Assembly (NCBI GenBank): GCA_053919585.1
Contig: CM132798.1
Direction: 5' to 3' (one strand)
From: Euprymna scolopes
Taxonomy: Eukaryota
Length of the DNA: 64,000 nt
Below, piece by piece: positions 48,252-61,167 of the stretch. The notes under the pieces were generated by a model. That model did no database searches. It saw nothing but the letters and a program-made list of their open reading frames with translations, and was not told the DNA's origin. The number at the start of each line of letters is the position of its first letter. Position 1 is the stretch's first letter. A program made the position numbers and the translations under genes.

Positions 48252-51200
48252 TTTTTTTTTGTTTTTTTTAATTACATTTTCACCCCAAACAAGGCAAATT
48301 GCCACTTTGGTGTAGGGGGCTACTATCAGGGGCAACAACTACTGGGGTACTATGTAGGGATTTGGGCAGCAATATATTGGTTCACGTTACACTTGAACTT
48401 CTGCACGTCAGTACTGTTGGGGAAGAAGGGACCTGGAATGGAATTCCAGAGTCTAGCGGTTCTGGAAAAGAAACTATTGGAGTAAAAAGATCCTTTCCAT
48501 ATAGAGATCTCTACAGTGTGAGGGTAGGATTAAGCAGCCTGTCGGGTTTGTCGAGGGTGCTCACGTCGTGGGGGCACAAGTTATTGCAGTTCGTCAGAGC
48601 ATTCACCACTAAATACTTGTAGAAAATTCAGAGGGATGAAACATTTCGTCCATGGGACCGAGGCTGAAGCTTATATGCCAGTTCAGGGCCTATCAGGTTT
48701 GTGACTCTCTTTTGAACCTTGTCAAGGAGCGAGAGACTAGTAGCAGATGCATCAACCCAGATGTAACAGCAATACTTCATATATTGGCGGATGGTGGCCT
48801 TATAGAGGTACAGGATACTGTCGGGTGGTAGAAGTTTTCTAGCACGGTAGAGAGAGCCCATCTTTCTTGCAGCGGCCCTGGCAATGCCTTCAATGTAATT
48901 GTTCCAACTCATGTTTCCTGTGAACGTAAGGTCAAGGTGTTTGAAAGATGGACTCTCAGATAAAGAGTCGTTGGCCATTGCTATGGGTGGTAGAGAGGGT
49001 TTCTTGTAATTATTGAATGAAACTAGTTTAGTCTTGGCAGCATTGGACGCGAACAACCACTTTTGTCCCCATTCCACTACAGATTGGAGGTCTTCCTCTA
49101 GTGTTTCTGCCATTTCTTTAGAAATGTGTTCATTCGTCTTCCTGTCGTGCCTGCCATAGAGTGTAGTGTCATCAGCATATATACCCATCTCAGAGGCAAT
49201 GTTGTCGGGGAGGTCATTTATGCATATCAGGAACAATAGAGGTCCAAGGATAGAACCCTGGGGCACCCCCGCATTTATATCATATTGTTTATATGTACGA
49301 CCGTCGAGGACAACCTGGATTTTTCTCTTATCTAAGAAGGATTTATGTTAAGTATTCTACCAGTGATACCGTATGATCTAATTTTCCTTAGGAGACCCTC
49401 ATGCCATACCCTGTCAAAAGCCTTACATATATCTAGACCTACCGCTCTGCCCTCCCCCGCTTTGCCCAGTGAATGATATATACGCTCAGAGATCACAGTT
49501 AGGATGTCTGCTGTGGAACGCGCTTGTCTAAATCCATATTGTTTGTTAGTCAGAAGTTTAGCATCTGTAAGGTAATGTACTAGACCATGGTTACTTTGGC
49601 AAAATGTGGGAGGAGGCTAATGGGGCGATAATTTCATGGGTAATTTCTTTCGCCAGAATTCTTGAATACTGGTAAAACAGAAGCAGTTTTCCAACAGCCT
49701 GGAAAGCAAGATTCATTAAGGCATTTGTTGCAGAGTTTGGAGAGAACTGGACCTACTTCGGTTGAGCACTTTTTTAATAGCACAGCTGAGATAAGATCGG
49801 GTCCACATGCTTTTGAAATGTCAAGGTTATTTACGATAGCAGGCACCAGACTAGTGGTGGTTTTCAGATCGTCTAGCGTGGCGTCTGTCCGCATAGGAAA
49901 GTCAGGTAGAGGAGGTTGTAAGGGTCCAGTGTGGAGTGTGAGGCAAATCGACTGACAAACATGTAAGCCTTGTCGGTTGCTGAGGAGACAACCTCCTGAT
50001 TGTTGGTTAGTGGGAGGATTGTTGATTGCCTATTATTTACTACACTGTTGTAGATCTTCCAGAATTCTCGAGTTCCTAGTTTTTGTGCGTCGATGCTCTT
50101 TTTAGTTGTTACCGTAAATTCTCTCTTAGCTTACGCTATTTCCTTCTAAACGTTATTTCTAGCTTCTATATACCTTAGTCTGTTTTAACTGGACATGTCG
50201 GTTAAACCTACGGTATGCATGCTGCTTTTAAGCAATGGCAGTTGCGCAAGTCGACGTAAACAATTGGGGAGAGTGGGGCTTGCTATAAAATTTCCGCATG
50301 GGAACATGCGCTTCGATTGCAGTTTTGAACCAGTCAGTGGTCTCGTTTGCACACTGTTCAGGACGAAGAGAAAAAATATTTCTCGATGGGGCATCTTTGA
50401 TTAGTTCTGTGATGGCTTCCCAGTCAGCCCTTTTATAATATAGCGTTGTTTTGAGAATTGGCTCTTCAGTTTTGGGTCTACAGTTTAGGGCGATTTCAAC
50501 CATTATCACTGCATGATCAGCATTCCGGAGTGGGCTGTGGGTCTGTGTTATGCAGTCATCGGGAACTGTGGTCAAAAACAGATCTAGAAGTGATGCGTGT
50601 TGTTCTTCCTGATCAGGGAAACGGGTTGGAAACGTAACAATGTGTGATAGGGAGTGAGATATAGTGAAGCTAGTAGGTGTGCTGCCCGCTGCATCTGTGT
50701 AAGTAGAGAATCCAGGACAGTTTTTGTGGTTGACATTAAAGTCACAAAATACATGTATTTGTGTGCTAGTGTCGAGGGACAGTCCCGTGTCTATGCTATC
50801 AGAGGCTTTGTCAATTATGGTGTAGTCCTGAGTTTAGGGAGAGCGGTAGAGAAAATAATAGTTGCTAATATTGTGCTGCATGTTTAGTCTACAGCCCATA
50901 AAGGCTTGATCATCTGTTTCTAGGTTTGTTTCTCTAGTCAGGGGGAAGGTATTACGAATGTAAACTCCAAGTCCGTGCATATGTCTGTCAGATTGCTTAG
51001 GCAGAGTGAGATATATCCAGGCATGTTAAAGTGGTAATAGGGGATGGAGGAGTGTAGGTTAGTCTCACTTAGTGCTAAGATATCCGGGGTATTTGTTAAG
51101 AGAAATGCTTGAACATCAGTTAAATTAGATCTAAGCCCACGGATATTTGTGAATGCGAGCGTCAAGGGAGGAGGCAAGTTGAATTTGTTTGCCCCTAAGC

Positions 51201-51408
51201 ATGGTTTAAGCTTATTTTTAGATTGTACTGTCGTCATATTTTTTAAAGTGTTTCGGTTTAGGAAAGGGGGAGCTAAACAAAAGGTTATGCAGAGCATCAG
51301 GCATGCATCACAAGTAGACCATCAGCTGACCATTCTCCGTTTAGGATTGTGGCCTCAGGAAAGCGCACCGGGGATGAGTGCAGGCCCCCTTTCCATGCGC
51401 TTCATGGC

Positions 51409-51410
<2 letters not shown>
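48252..51410 (-). mobile_element. Near full-length degraded LINE family A (single APE-RT ORF)
   Basis: APE start FTNIRGLRSN..LALSET (ORF 50938..51297), DHA motif (50228..50575), RT PQGSILGP/YADD (48628..49266), A-rich tail. Confidence 0.95.
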
Positions 51411-51444
<34 letters not shown>

Positions 51445-53675
51445 GGCATCACCACATTATCAAGGCCCAGAGGCCACTCAAGGATAAGGGTTAAAGAGTG
51501 TACAGTAGAAGTTGGTCAATATAGTAATCATTAGTAATGAACATTTGGTAAATTTAATAACTTATATGGAACGGCTCATCAAGAACTTATTTACTTTAGA
51601 CTTGAACAAAACCATATTGTAGTCAGCCGGAAAGCAGGAAAACGGAAGACAATTCCACAGGCGTGCAGTTCTAAGAAAGAAGCTTTGTTCATGGAATCTA
51701 CGTTTAGGTTTAGGGACAGATAAAGAGTGGGGGAAATTATTGATAGTGTTTACAGCTAGACGAGTGTTTCTTGTGAAAGTTTGGCGAGGGGGGACCATAG
51801 ATTGAAGCTCAGTTGAACACTTTCCATGAAAATAACGATACATCAGAGACAAACTCGCAACATCTCTTCTGTGAGATAGAGGTTGCAAGGAGGAGAAAAG
51901 GACATCTCCTACGAGGCTACGAAGTCTATTTTGAACTCTATCAAGGCAGGACAAGTCCTTTCTAGCAGCTCCTGCCCAGATGTGGCAACAGTATTCCATC
52001 CTTGGACGTACCTGGCTCTTATATAGATAGAGAATAGCATCAGCAGTGAGATATCTACTGGATCGATAGAAAGATCCCACCATTTTTCCAGCGGCCTTGG
52101 CAACAGATTTGATATACGTGTTCCATTTAAGATCAGGAGTAATGGTCAAGCCCAGAAGCTTGTCAAAACTTGAGGCCTCCTGAAGACGAGAGCCATTCAT
52201 TTCAATTGATGACAAATGTGGATTAGAATGTTGATGATGTAAAGAGAGAAGCTTGGTTTTAGATGCATTAAAAGTAACCAGCCACTCCTTTCCCCATTGT
52301 ACTACGTGCTCAAGATCAGAGGAGAGAGAATTGGAGAGCACTTGCTCGTTTACTGTCTTAGATGTGGTACCATAAATGGTAGTGTCGTCAGCATAAATGT
52401 CTACAAATGATGTAAGGATATGAGTTGGAAGATCATTAATGTAGATCAGGAAAAGAGTTGGGCCCAGGGTGGATCCCTGAGGGACACCGGCATTAATACT
52501 GTGAGCTTCTGATTTTTGCCCCTTAACTACTACTCTTATGAACCTATCAGAAAGAAATGATTTAATAATTGAGAAGACTTTTCCAGCTATACCATAGCTA
52601 GCGATCTTATGAAGTAAACCTTTATGCCATATCCTATCAAAGGCTTTAGATATGTCAAGAGCAATTGCCCTAGAAAGATTGCCACCGTCGAGAGATTTGC
52701 TAATCCTATGCGATATAACTGTAAGGACATCTGCTGTAGATCTAGCAGAACGGAAACCATATTGAGTGTCACTAAGAAGGTTATTTTTGTTGAGATGTTT
52801 GATTACTTCTGTATTTAATACAGATTCTAGCAACTTACTCATGACGCACAGGAGACTTATTGGCCTGTACTGAGAGGGGGATGAGCGATCACCTGAATTC
52901 TTAAATACAGGGCATACTGATGAGATTTTCCAGGGAGATGGGAAACTATTCTCCTTAAGACAACGTTTAAACAGTTTTGTAAGTATGGGCGATAGTTCAG
53001 GTTGAAGTTTTTTGAGTACTATAATTGGAATACCATCAGGGCCAGTTGCTTTACTGGAATCAAGGTTTTTGATTAGCTTGGCAACATCACGTACAGATAT
53101 ACGTATATCACGTAGCGTGTTTTCTGATACAAGAGGAAATATTGGGGGTTGGCGGTCTTGGTCGCAAAGGGTAGAATTAGCTGCAAAGTTCTTGACAAAG
53201 AGTTTGGCTTTGTCTGATGCTGACGAGATTACCTCAGGTCCATTGATAATAGTTGGGATGGAGAACACGCTTCTGTTCAGGATTCTGTTTGCTATTTGCC
53301 AAAACTGGTGGGAACCAAGCCGCTGCTCAGCTACTTTGGACTTAACAGATTGAGCATATAACTCTCTTGCGTTCCTTATTACTTTCTTACAATGGTTGCT
53401 GGCAGTCCTGAAAACGGCTTTAGTTTCCATACATCTATTACGTTTGAAGCAGTGGAAAAAGTGATTTCTGTGCGCAATGGCAGCAGCACATTCTGGAGAG
53501 AACCATGGCTGGCTGTTAGGTTTTTTCTGAAACTTTTTAGAGGGTATGAAATGGTCAATACCTACAATTAACCATTCAGTTAGGTCTAATACTATAGAGG
53601 ACACATCCTTTTTAAACATGGAATGCAGAGGTAGATCAGATATAAATGTACGGAAGCTATCCCAGTCAGCCTTAG
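51411..53675 (-). mobile_element. LINE family B variant with long poly(A) tail, endonuclease region absent
   Basis: Poly(T) about 51411-51439, family B 3' UTR, open RT ORF; similarity to the copy at 55178-58670 stops near 53675. Confidence 0.95.
51562..53619 (-). CDS. Reverse transcriptase ORF (685 aa, uninterrupted, lacks APE domain)
   Basis: KATGPDGI, YRPISLL, QYGFR, LDISKAFD, GVPQGSTLGP, YADD, QVRPRMEYCCHIWAGA. Confidence 0.9.
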   Translation of the reverse strand: MFKKDVSSIVLDLTEWLIVGIDHFIPSKKFQKKPNSQPWFSPECAAAIAHRNHFFHCFKRNRCMETKAVFRTASNHCKKVIRNARELYAQSVKSKVAEQRLGSHQFWQIANRILNRSVFSIPTIINGPEVISSASDKAKLFVKNFAANSTLCDQDRQPPIFPLVSENTLRDIRISVRDVAKLIKNLDSSKATGPDGIPIIVLKKLQPELSPILTKLFKRCLKENSFPSPWKISSVCPVFKNSGDRSSPSQYRPISLLCVMSKLLESVLNTEVIKHLNKNNLLSDTQYGFRSARSTADVLTVISHRISKSLDGGNLSRAIALDISKAFDRIWHKGLLHKIASYGIAGKVFSIIKSFLSDRFIRVVVKGQKSEAHSINAGVPQGSTLGPTLFLIYINDLPTHILTSFVDIYADDTTIYGTTSKTVNEQVLSNSLSSDLEHVVQWGKEWLVTFNASKTKLLSLHHQHSNPHLSSIEMNGSRLQEASSFDKLLGLTITPDLKWNTYIKSVAKAAGKMVGSFYRSSRYLTADAILYLYKSQVRPRMEYCCHIWAGAARKDLSCLDRVQNRLRSLVGDVLFSSLQPLSHRRDVASLSLMYRYFHGKCSTELQSMVPPRQTFTRNTRLAVNTINNFPHSLSVPKPKRRFHEQSFFLRTARLWNCLPFSCFPADYNMVLFKSKVNKFLMSRSI

Positions 53676-53679
53676 TGCA

Positions 53680-55178
53680 AACAACCCGATATTATTCAAC
53701 TGTTGATGGAGCAGCCGCTCTAAGCGCTATCAAAGAGTTAGGCTTCCTGTACTACCAGTCTGGAACAGCAGCCAGGAACTTTCAATTCGGTACCCTCAAC
53801 CCATTAGAAGAAGGTCAACCCAATCTAATTGCTTAGGCAATTTCATACTCAAGCATTCCCAAATTATATTTTAGGGGTTGAGCGTGCTGGGAATGGGGAA
53901 AAACGGCGTCCGTTGGCTTAGCCAGAAAACAAGATCTACCGCTGGGTATTTCTGCTGAATCACTGAGATAGTGTCTCTGCGCTTTACTAATAGGCAAAGA
54001 AGGAGTATGGAAGCCGAGCGATAGACAGAACTTATCTACTCCTTAAGCAATTTAGGTTTGCAAACCGGTGAATTTGTTGAGTCACCAGCTCTAGGAAGGT
54101 TGTCATCAAAGACTGAAGAGGCCTCCCTCCCCTTTGGTTTAGTTTCAGAGTTTTCATTCTCTTAGACGGATGATCTGGGAAGACCTACTGGGTCCGTCAG
54201 CACTTAGAGGGTTTTTTTCCGCGCCTAGGTTCTAATCATATTATTTCTGCGACCCCGCGTGGTTAGTTAGTGTTACTGGGTAAGTTTGTGAGGGTTATAA
54301 CTCTACTGATTAGTTACACTCCTCAAAGTGATTTAGGGACATTGCTATTTAATTGTGTAATGGATAAAGGAGGTCAGTGGAGTTCATGCAGTGTAAGCAT
54401 CTATGATTGTAAAAAGGCTTGTTAGGGAGGATATAATGTGGTTTTAGTCTTACCCTTTTTATTTATTTTATTTATGTTAGTTTAGGTCTAGGATAATGTT
54501 ACAGTATGAGTAGGTATAAAGGATTGAGCTACGAGTTGTGCCCAAACGATTTTAGATGATAGGAGGGCTAAGATGTAAGTGCACTATAGTATGGACACGA
54601 CAGCAAGTTTTGAGTCATGCGTAATTAGGTGAATAGATATATGGGCAGGTTTTCAGTAGGTTCGAATAGAGTTGAGGTTATAGGTATTTTCAAATAAGAG
54701 TCATGGGACATTTATAATAACAAGCAGTGTCGTTTCAATAATGTATTATTCGTTGCCAAACTCTCGAGGAGACAGTTATGTAATGACGATAGCTTTGCTT
54801 CTGAGTACTTTGGCTGTTAAATACCTGCCTCTGAGTGCTTAGGCTGTTAAATACTTACTGGATAGGAATGAGCTGTAATGCATGCCTTAGAGGTAGAAAT
54901 GTATAGATGTTTAGTGATGGCTATTAAAACAGTTTGCATGTGAGTGTTAAGGGCTGGAAGTTAGCGATTCCACTACAAATGCTGTGCAATGTGGGAGTTT
55001 AGTGGCGGATAGGTGGGAAGGAGTAGATTATTAGCGTTCAAGAGAAAAGGGGTTATTCATTTACAGATAGATTTCCATTAGAGTTTTGAGTTAATGGTAA
55101 GGTTTAGTTTTAAGAAAGGGGGGAGAAAAATTATTTTTTTTTGCATGGAGGCAAGACAAACGCAATCGTCCTGGAGGT
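53680..55178 (-). mobile_element. Putative retroelement 5' region (long UTR plus degraded ORF1-like start) joined to the RT ORF
   Basis: Dispersed-repeat status shown by the homolog at 40700-41250; broken basic Ser/Pro-rich reading frame from about 54240; identity uncertain. Confidence 0.4.
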
Positions 55179-58100
55179 TTTTTTTTACACAGTAATCACC
55201 ATATATCAAGGCCCGGAAGCCACTCAGGGATAAGGGTTATTGCAAGTCAATTACTTTAGTGTGAGGATTTGATGAAGTGTTTACTTAAGGGGGCGGTTCA
55301 TTAGGAATTTGTTAACGTTGGACTTGAACACATCCAAGTTGTAGTCCGTTGGGTAGCAGGCAGACGGAACAGAGTTCCACAGGTGTGCAGTTATAAGAAA
55401 GAAGCTTTGTTCATGGAATCCGCCTTTTGGTTTAGGCACAGATATAGAGTGGGGGAAATTTTTCACAGTGGATCAAGCGAGACGGGTGTTTTTCGTGAAA
55501 GACTGGCGAGGGGGCCCAGAGATTGGAGTTCAGACGAGCACCTGCCATGGAAATAACGATAAAACAAGGATAGGCTCGCAACGTCTCTTCTGTGGGAGAG
55601 AAGTTGCAGGGTAGAGAATAGGGCATCCCCCACTAAGCCACGAAGTCTATTTTGTACTCTGTCAAGGCATGATAGGCTATTTTTAGCAGCTCCTGGCCAG
55701 ATATGGCAACATTATTCCATCCTTGGACGTACTTGGCTTTCATATAGGTAAAGAATTGCATCAGTTGTGAGATATCTTCTGGAGCGGTAGAAGGATCCCA
55801 CAATCTTTCCAGCGACCTTGGCAACAGACTTGATGTACGTGTTCCATTTCAGATCGGGAGTAAAAGCTTGCCATAACACGGGGCCTCACCCAGACGAGTG
55901 CCATCCATCACAAGTGATGCCAGATGGGGATCAGAGCGTTGATGATGTAAGGATAGGAGTTGGGTTTTGGATGCATTAAAGGAAACCAGCCACATCTTCA
56001 CCCACTGAACCACATGCTCGAGATCAGAGGAGAGAGAATCAGAGAGAACTTTGTCATTTACAGCCTTTGATGTGTTGCCGTAGATTGTCGTGTCATCAGC
56101 ATAGATGTCAACGAATCATTTACGTATGTGTTTAGGGAGGTCAGTGATGTAGATCAGGAAGAGAGTTGGGCCGAGGATTGACCCCTGAGGGACTCCAGCA
56201 TTTATATTGCAGGCCTCCGATTTTTGTCCATCTACCATTACTCTTATCAGCCTATGGGAGAGAAATGATTTAATGATTGAGAAAGCATTTCCAGTTATAC
56301 CGTAGCTGGAAATCTTGTGAAGTAGACCCTTATTCCATACCTTGTCGAAGGCCTTTGATATGTCAAGAGCAATTGCCCTAGAAAGGAAGCCTTTGTCAAG
56401 AGATTCACTAATCCTGTGGGATATAACCGTCAGCACATCTTCGGTAGATCTTGCAGAGCGGAAACCATAGTGTGTGTCACTTAGAAGGTTGTTTCTGCTG
56501 AGGTGGTTTACTATTTCTCTATTAAATATGGATTCCAGCAAGTTTCTCATAACAGACAGGAAACTTATTGGTCTGTACTGAGAGGGAGATGACTTTTCAC
56601 CTGAATTCTTAAATACAGGGCAAACTGATGAGGTCTTTCAGGGAGTCGGAAAGCATTTCTCCTTAAGGCAGCGCTTAAATAGTTTCGTAAGTATGGGAGT
56701 AAGTTCTGGTTGAAGCTTTTTTAACGCTCTAATTGGGATTCCATCAGGGCCAGTTGCTTTACTGGAATCTAGGTTCTTGATTAGCTTGGTGACCTCATGC
56801 ACATATATTTGTATGTTACCTAACTTGTTCTGTGTTATAGGAGGAAATATGGGAAGTTGATGACCTTCATCGCATAGGATAGAATTAGCTGCAAAGTTCT
56901 TTGCAAATAGTTTGGCCTTGTCTGACGCTGACGAGATGACCTCTGGTCCATTGATAATGGTTGGGATAGAACGCACACTTCTGTTCAAACTCCTATTTGT
57001 TATTTGCGAAAACTGGTGGGAACCAAGCCGCTGATCAGCTAACTTGGATTTAACAGACAGGGCATATAGCTCTCTTGCATTTTTTATTACTCTTTTACAG
57101 TGGTTGCTGGCAGTCCTGAAAGCAGCTTTAGTCTCAGTGCATCTATTACGTTGGTAGCTATGGAAAAAGTGATTTCTGTGCGCGATAGTAGCAGCACATT
57201 CTGGGGAGAACCATGGCTGGTTGTTAGGTTTTTGTTGGAATTTTTAGATGGTATGAATTGGTATATGCCTACAAGTAACCATTCGGTCAGATCTGATACT
57301 ACAGAGGACACTTCTTTTTTAAACATGGAGTGCAGAGTAAAATAAGATATGAATGTACAGAAGTTATCCCAATCAGCCATAGAGTATCGGTATACAGTAC
57401 GGTGGAGGGGTACGTCTGGAGGCTTCTTACATTTCGTTTTTATCTTAACTGATACGACGGAGTGCTCGGAGGAACCTAGAGGAGAATGAACGGTACATGA
57501 AGATAGCTCAGGGGAAGTTGAGAGAAAAAGGTCTAGGAGGCTTGCATATTGACCGGGTGTATCCTTATGTAAAACACGGGTGGGTTCGCGAACAATCTGA
57601 GTGAGGTCATAAGCAATGGCAAAATCATGACTACACCTCCCCTCATCTTCTGTCTTATTTTAAGTGGTCAGCCATTCCACGTTATGGACGTTGAAGACAC
57701 CACAGATGTGGATGTTAGCCTAGGGATGTGTAGACAGTATGTGGTCTATTTTCTCAGATATGCTCTCAAAGTAACCCCGCTGTTGTGGGGCCGATAGAGG
57801 GCAAATATAAATGCAGTGGTGTTAGCAAGTGCAACCCTGAAGCACATATATGCTAAAATAAGATCTTCTCTAGAGATATCCCTGCCACACGGAAATCCAT
57901 CCTTTATGTAGGCACATATTCCATGCCAATGGCGATCTTGGGGGTCAGATTTTGATGTTAAATTTGAGTATCCGTTTATTATCAACTCATCTAGGGAAGT
58001 GGTCGGCCCTATTCCAGTTTCCCTTAGAAATATTATGTTCGGTTCTGTCTCCTGTAATTGGGTTTCAACCTCTGGAAGGTTGGAACGTAGACCCCTGATT

Positions 58101-58670
58101 TTGGGGAAGGAGACCTGGAAGTAGAGCTCTACGTTGGAAGATGGGGGTCTAGGTTTAATCGAGTTTTTATTCTGGAGGTATTTCATGTTGAGGTTTTGGG
58201 ATTTGTGGAATAGGTCGGCATACTGTGTTATAGCAGAACAGAGAGGGAAAGTAAGAGAGAAAAAGACAGGACATTTTTTTGTAGCACATGTAAAGGTAAA
58301 GCCGTAACAATTACCCACTAGTATGGCATCGAGAGGCCCCACCAGAGATTACTGCATGGTCCAGATCCACTCACCAAATGGCGATACAGCAGTCCCAGCT
58401 TTCATAGTGGTTAATCCAAGGTGCAGGTCCCGTACTATCTGGCGGATAACGTCAGCCCAGACAAAACGTTTTCCTCCAGCACCATTACTTGTGACATAGC
58501 CACAAGGACATACAGAGAGAGAAACATTTCCGACATCTCAGACTACTGGTCACCAAGTACTACCGACCTTTAAGCAGCTTTTTCTTCACCCTTTGTCAGA
58601 AAAATCACTCATTGAATGAGGACTGAGGGACAAAAAAGGAGAAGCGAGAGCTACTGGAGCTGCCGATAAC
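55178..58670 (-). mobile_element. Full-length-like degraded LINE family B (5' UTR, APE, RT, A tail)
   Basis: APE IRGLRSN..FLRET..LYRPHNS (ORF 57746..58342), RT fragments 56638..56988 and 56116..56550; closely matches 22488-24323. Confidence 0.95.
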
Positions 58671-59146
58671 ACATCCACTGTATTTTCTACTCTCCATTTA
58701 AAAAAAGTGGGGGAGGAGGGGAATGGGTACAAGTGACTTATTTATATCTAAGTAGTAAGTCCGGTGCTAAGTTAACAATTCAGGACACTTTTGATGATAC
58801 TCTCCCCTCCCATATTAATGGGTGGAAGTTTGTCGTTATCTATCTCAAAGTTGAATCATTGGTGTTTCACCTGATAATTAATTAAAATCCAATAATTAAC
58901 TATTATTAATTTGTAAATCTGCTTAATATAAACTTATGTTCGAGTTTAGATAATTATTCAAGGTTTTCCTTTAGGAGGTTCGTTGTCATAGGAAACTTTT
59001 CTTTGCTAATGGTACTGTATTATATTTCGAATGTACTTGAAAATAAAGCTAACTATATTAGATGGTTTGATAGGCTAGCCAGGAAGCAAGCATTTTCAAT
59101 ATAGGCCAGCTTGAAGTAATAGTATATATTAAGTGTACTACTTAAA

Positions 59147-59832
59147 TAAAGTCCTAAGTTTATCTACTCTAATAGAGAATAATTCCCGGAATTTTTTATA
59201 TCGTTAGTTTCCGGCATTTTGTTTGTTTTTATCGTTTACTTTGTAGCATGGGGAAGTGAAGAATAAGACAGGAGAATAGACACATCCATAAATAAAACAA
59301 GAAAAAAAGTTTAAAAACAAGTAACATAAAAAACATTTAAGATGAGTTCAAAAAATACTTAACGTGTTTGCCATAGTGTTCCGTCCGCTGTTTTTTGCCA
59401 ACTGATTGCTGGCATGTCGTCGTGTCTTTCTAGAGCGACAGAAGATTTCTATTTCCGGACAACTTTGACGAGATCCTATATATTTATAGAATAAAAGTCG
59501 TTACGTTCAGATGTGTAAAATATTTAATTTACATTTTGTTTTTATTGTTAAAAAAGTTCTAACTTTTTTTTATATAAAGTCCTAAGTTTATCTACTCTAA
59601 TAGAGAATAATTCCCAGCATTTTTTATATCGGTAGTTTCCGGCATTTTGTTTGTTTTTATCGTTTACTTTGTAGCATAGGGAGGTGACGAATAAGACAGG
59701 AGGATAGACAAATACATCAATAAAACAAGAAACACGAGTTTAAAAACAAGGTAACATAAAAACATTTACGATGAGTGAAAAAAAATACTTAACGTGTTGG
59801 CCATTGTGTTCCGTCCGCTGTTTTTTTGCCAA
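59147..59832. repeat. Partial tandem duplication: about 255-bp copies at 59147-59401 and 59575-59832 (428-bp period)
   Basis: TAAAGTCCTAAGTTTATCTACTCTAATAGAG...CCGTCCGCTGTTTTTTGCCAA twice with scattered mismatches. Confidence 0.92.
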
Positions 59833-60109
59833 TGTATAGTAAGATTTCGTAGCTAGCTATTAGGTTTTCCCCTCCCAGTTATAGGAACAACTAGTTAATT
59901 GGGATTCGGAATTGTAGTCATTAGCGTCAGGCAGAGTTTTGCATCTACTCAGAAAATTAGCCCTAGTATCATAGCTAAGATTATGTATATTGCAGTTACA
60001 CATTTAGTGATAGTTAAAACTATGTAAGTGTTTTTTAAAAATTTTTATTGTTAGTTTATATATAAATATATATATATATATGTGTGTGTACATACATATA
60101 TGAACATAT

Positions 60110-60425
60110 ACAAGATGAGTGCAGCGTCTAGTCAGACGAGTGCCACTCCCTCAGACAATTAAAATCCATGAGCACAAATGCCTGAGGGAGTATTCATACG
60201 AATATGATGTTACAGAGTCTTAGCTTTGTACGACAGCTAAGTCTCTCTCGTTAAAAATGTTGAGATCCAGTAACAAGCAAGAGTCATATAGCCAGCAACA
60301 AATTAAACTGCAGAATAGCCAAATGCGGGTAATGGTCTTCCGCGTAATGGTTTTTTTAAATCAGAGATTTGCTTCTCCTAGAAAGGTTGCCTTCACCACG
60401 GAATACTGGAGCCCTCTCTACCCCA
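60110..60425 (-). mobile_element. Probable RTE-type 5' UTR or SINE remnant
   Basis: - strand GGGTAGAGAGGGCTC..GGCAACCTTTCTAGGAGAAGCAAATCTCTGATTTAAA resembles a motif I recall from RTE 5' regions; hairpin ACTCCCTCAG/CTGAGGGAGT at 60145-60191. Confidence 0.45.
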
Positions 60426-60504
60426 ATACATATATACACACAAACACACAGAAATATACACGGTGCTAGTTGGCCGTCGACCCAGAAACAGAGTTAATTC
60501 GCCT

Positions 60505-61098
60505 ATATATATACATACATATATGTGTGATCGTTTATGTATACTCATGTTTTATAATTTATTTATTTTTTATTTTCTATTGTTTTTGTTAGTTTGAAAA
60601 CTATTTTGTATCGCTATCCTAGAGTGAATTTTATTTCATGCACACAGTTATTTGCTATTTCTCTTCTACAATTTAATAGATGTTGGGGTTCTTTAAAGTA
60701 CAGGATAGCACATTTTCATGAAGGCATAATCTACATGGGTCGTTTAGATGCCTACATGTGGTAGCTTGTCTTATTATTTTCCATTCGACTACCAGCGAAT
60801 GTCCGCTTTATTTGGGTTCCCAATATTTATTCGCTAGTGTTGTTTTTATACGGTGTTTCTTACGGTTAAATGTACATTTGTAGCCATAGTATCGGGTTTT
60901 GAAATCTAAGGAAATCATACCTACGTAATATTTCTTGTTATTCGGGGGTTCTTTCGCAACTATTGTGGCTTGATAAACTTCGCTTTTAATTAGACATTTA
61001 TTTTGAACTGGGCAAAGTGTGCGGTGTCTACAGTTGCATCTATCTTGTTCATTATTAATATTTTTATTTATAGTATGGTTGTTCTTGTCCGGGATTGG

Positions 61099-61167
<69 letters not shown>

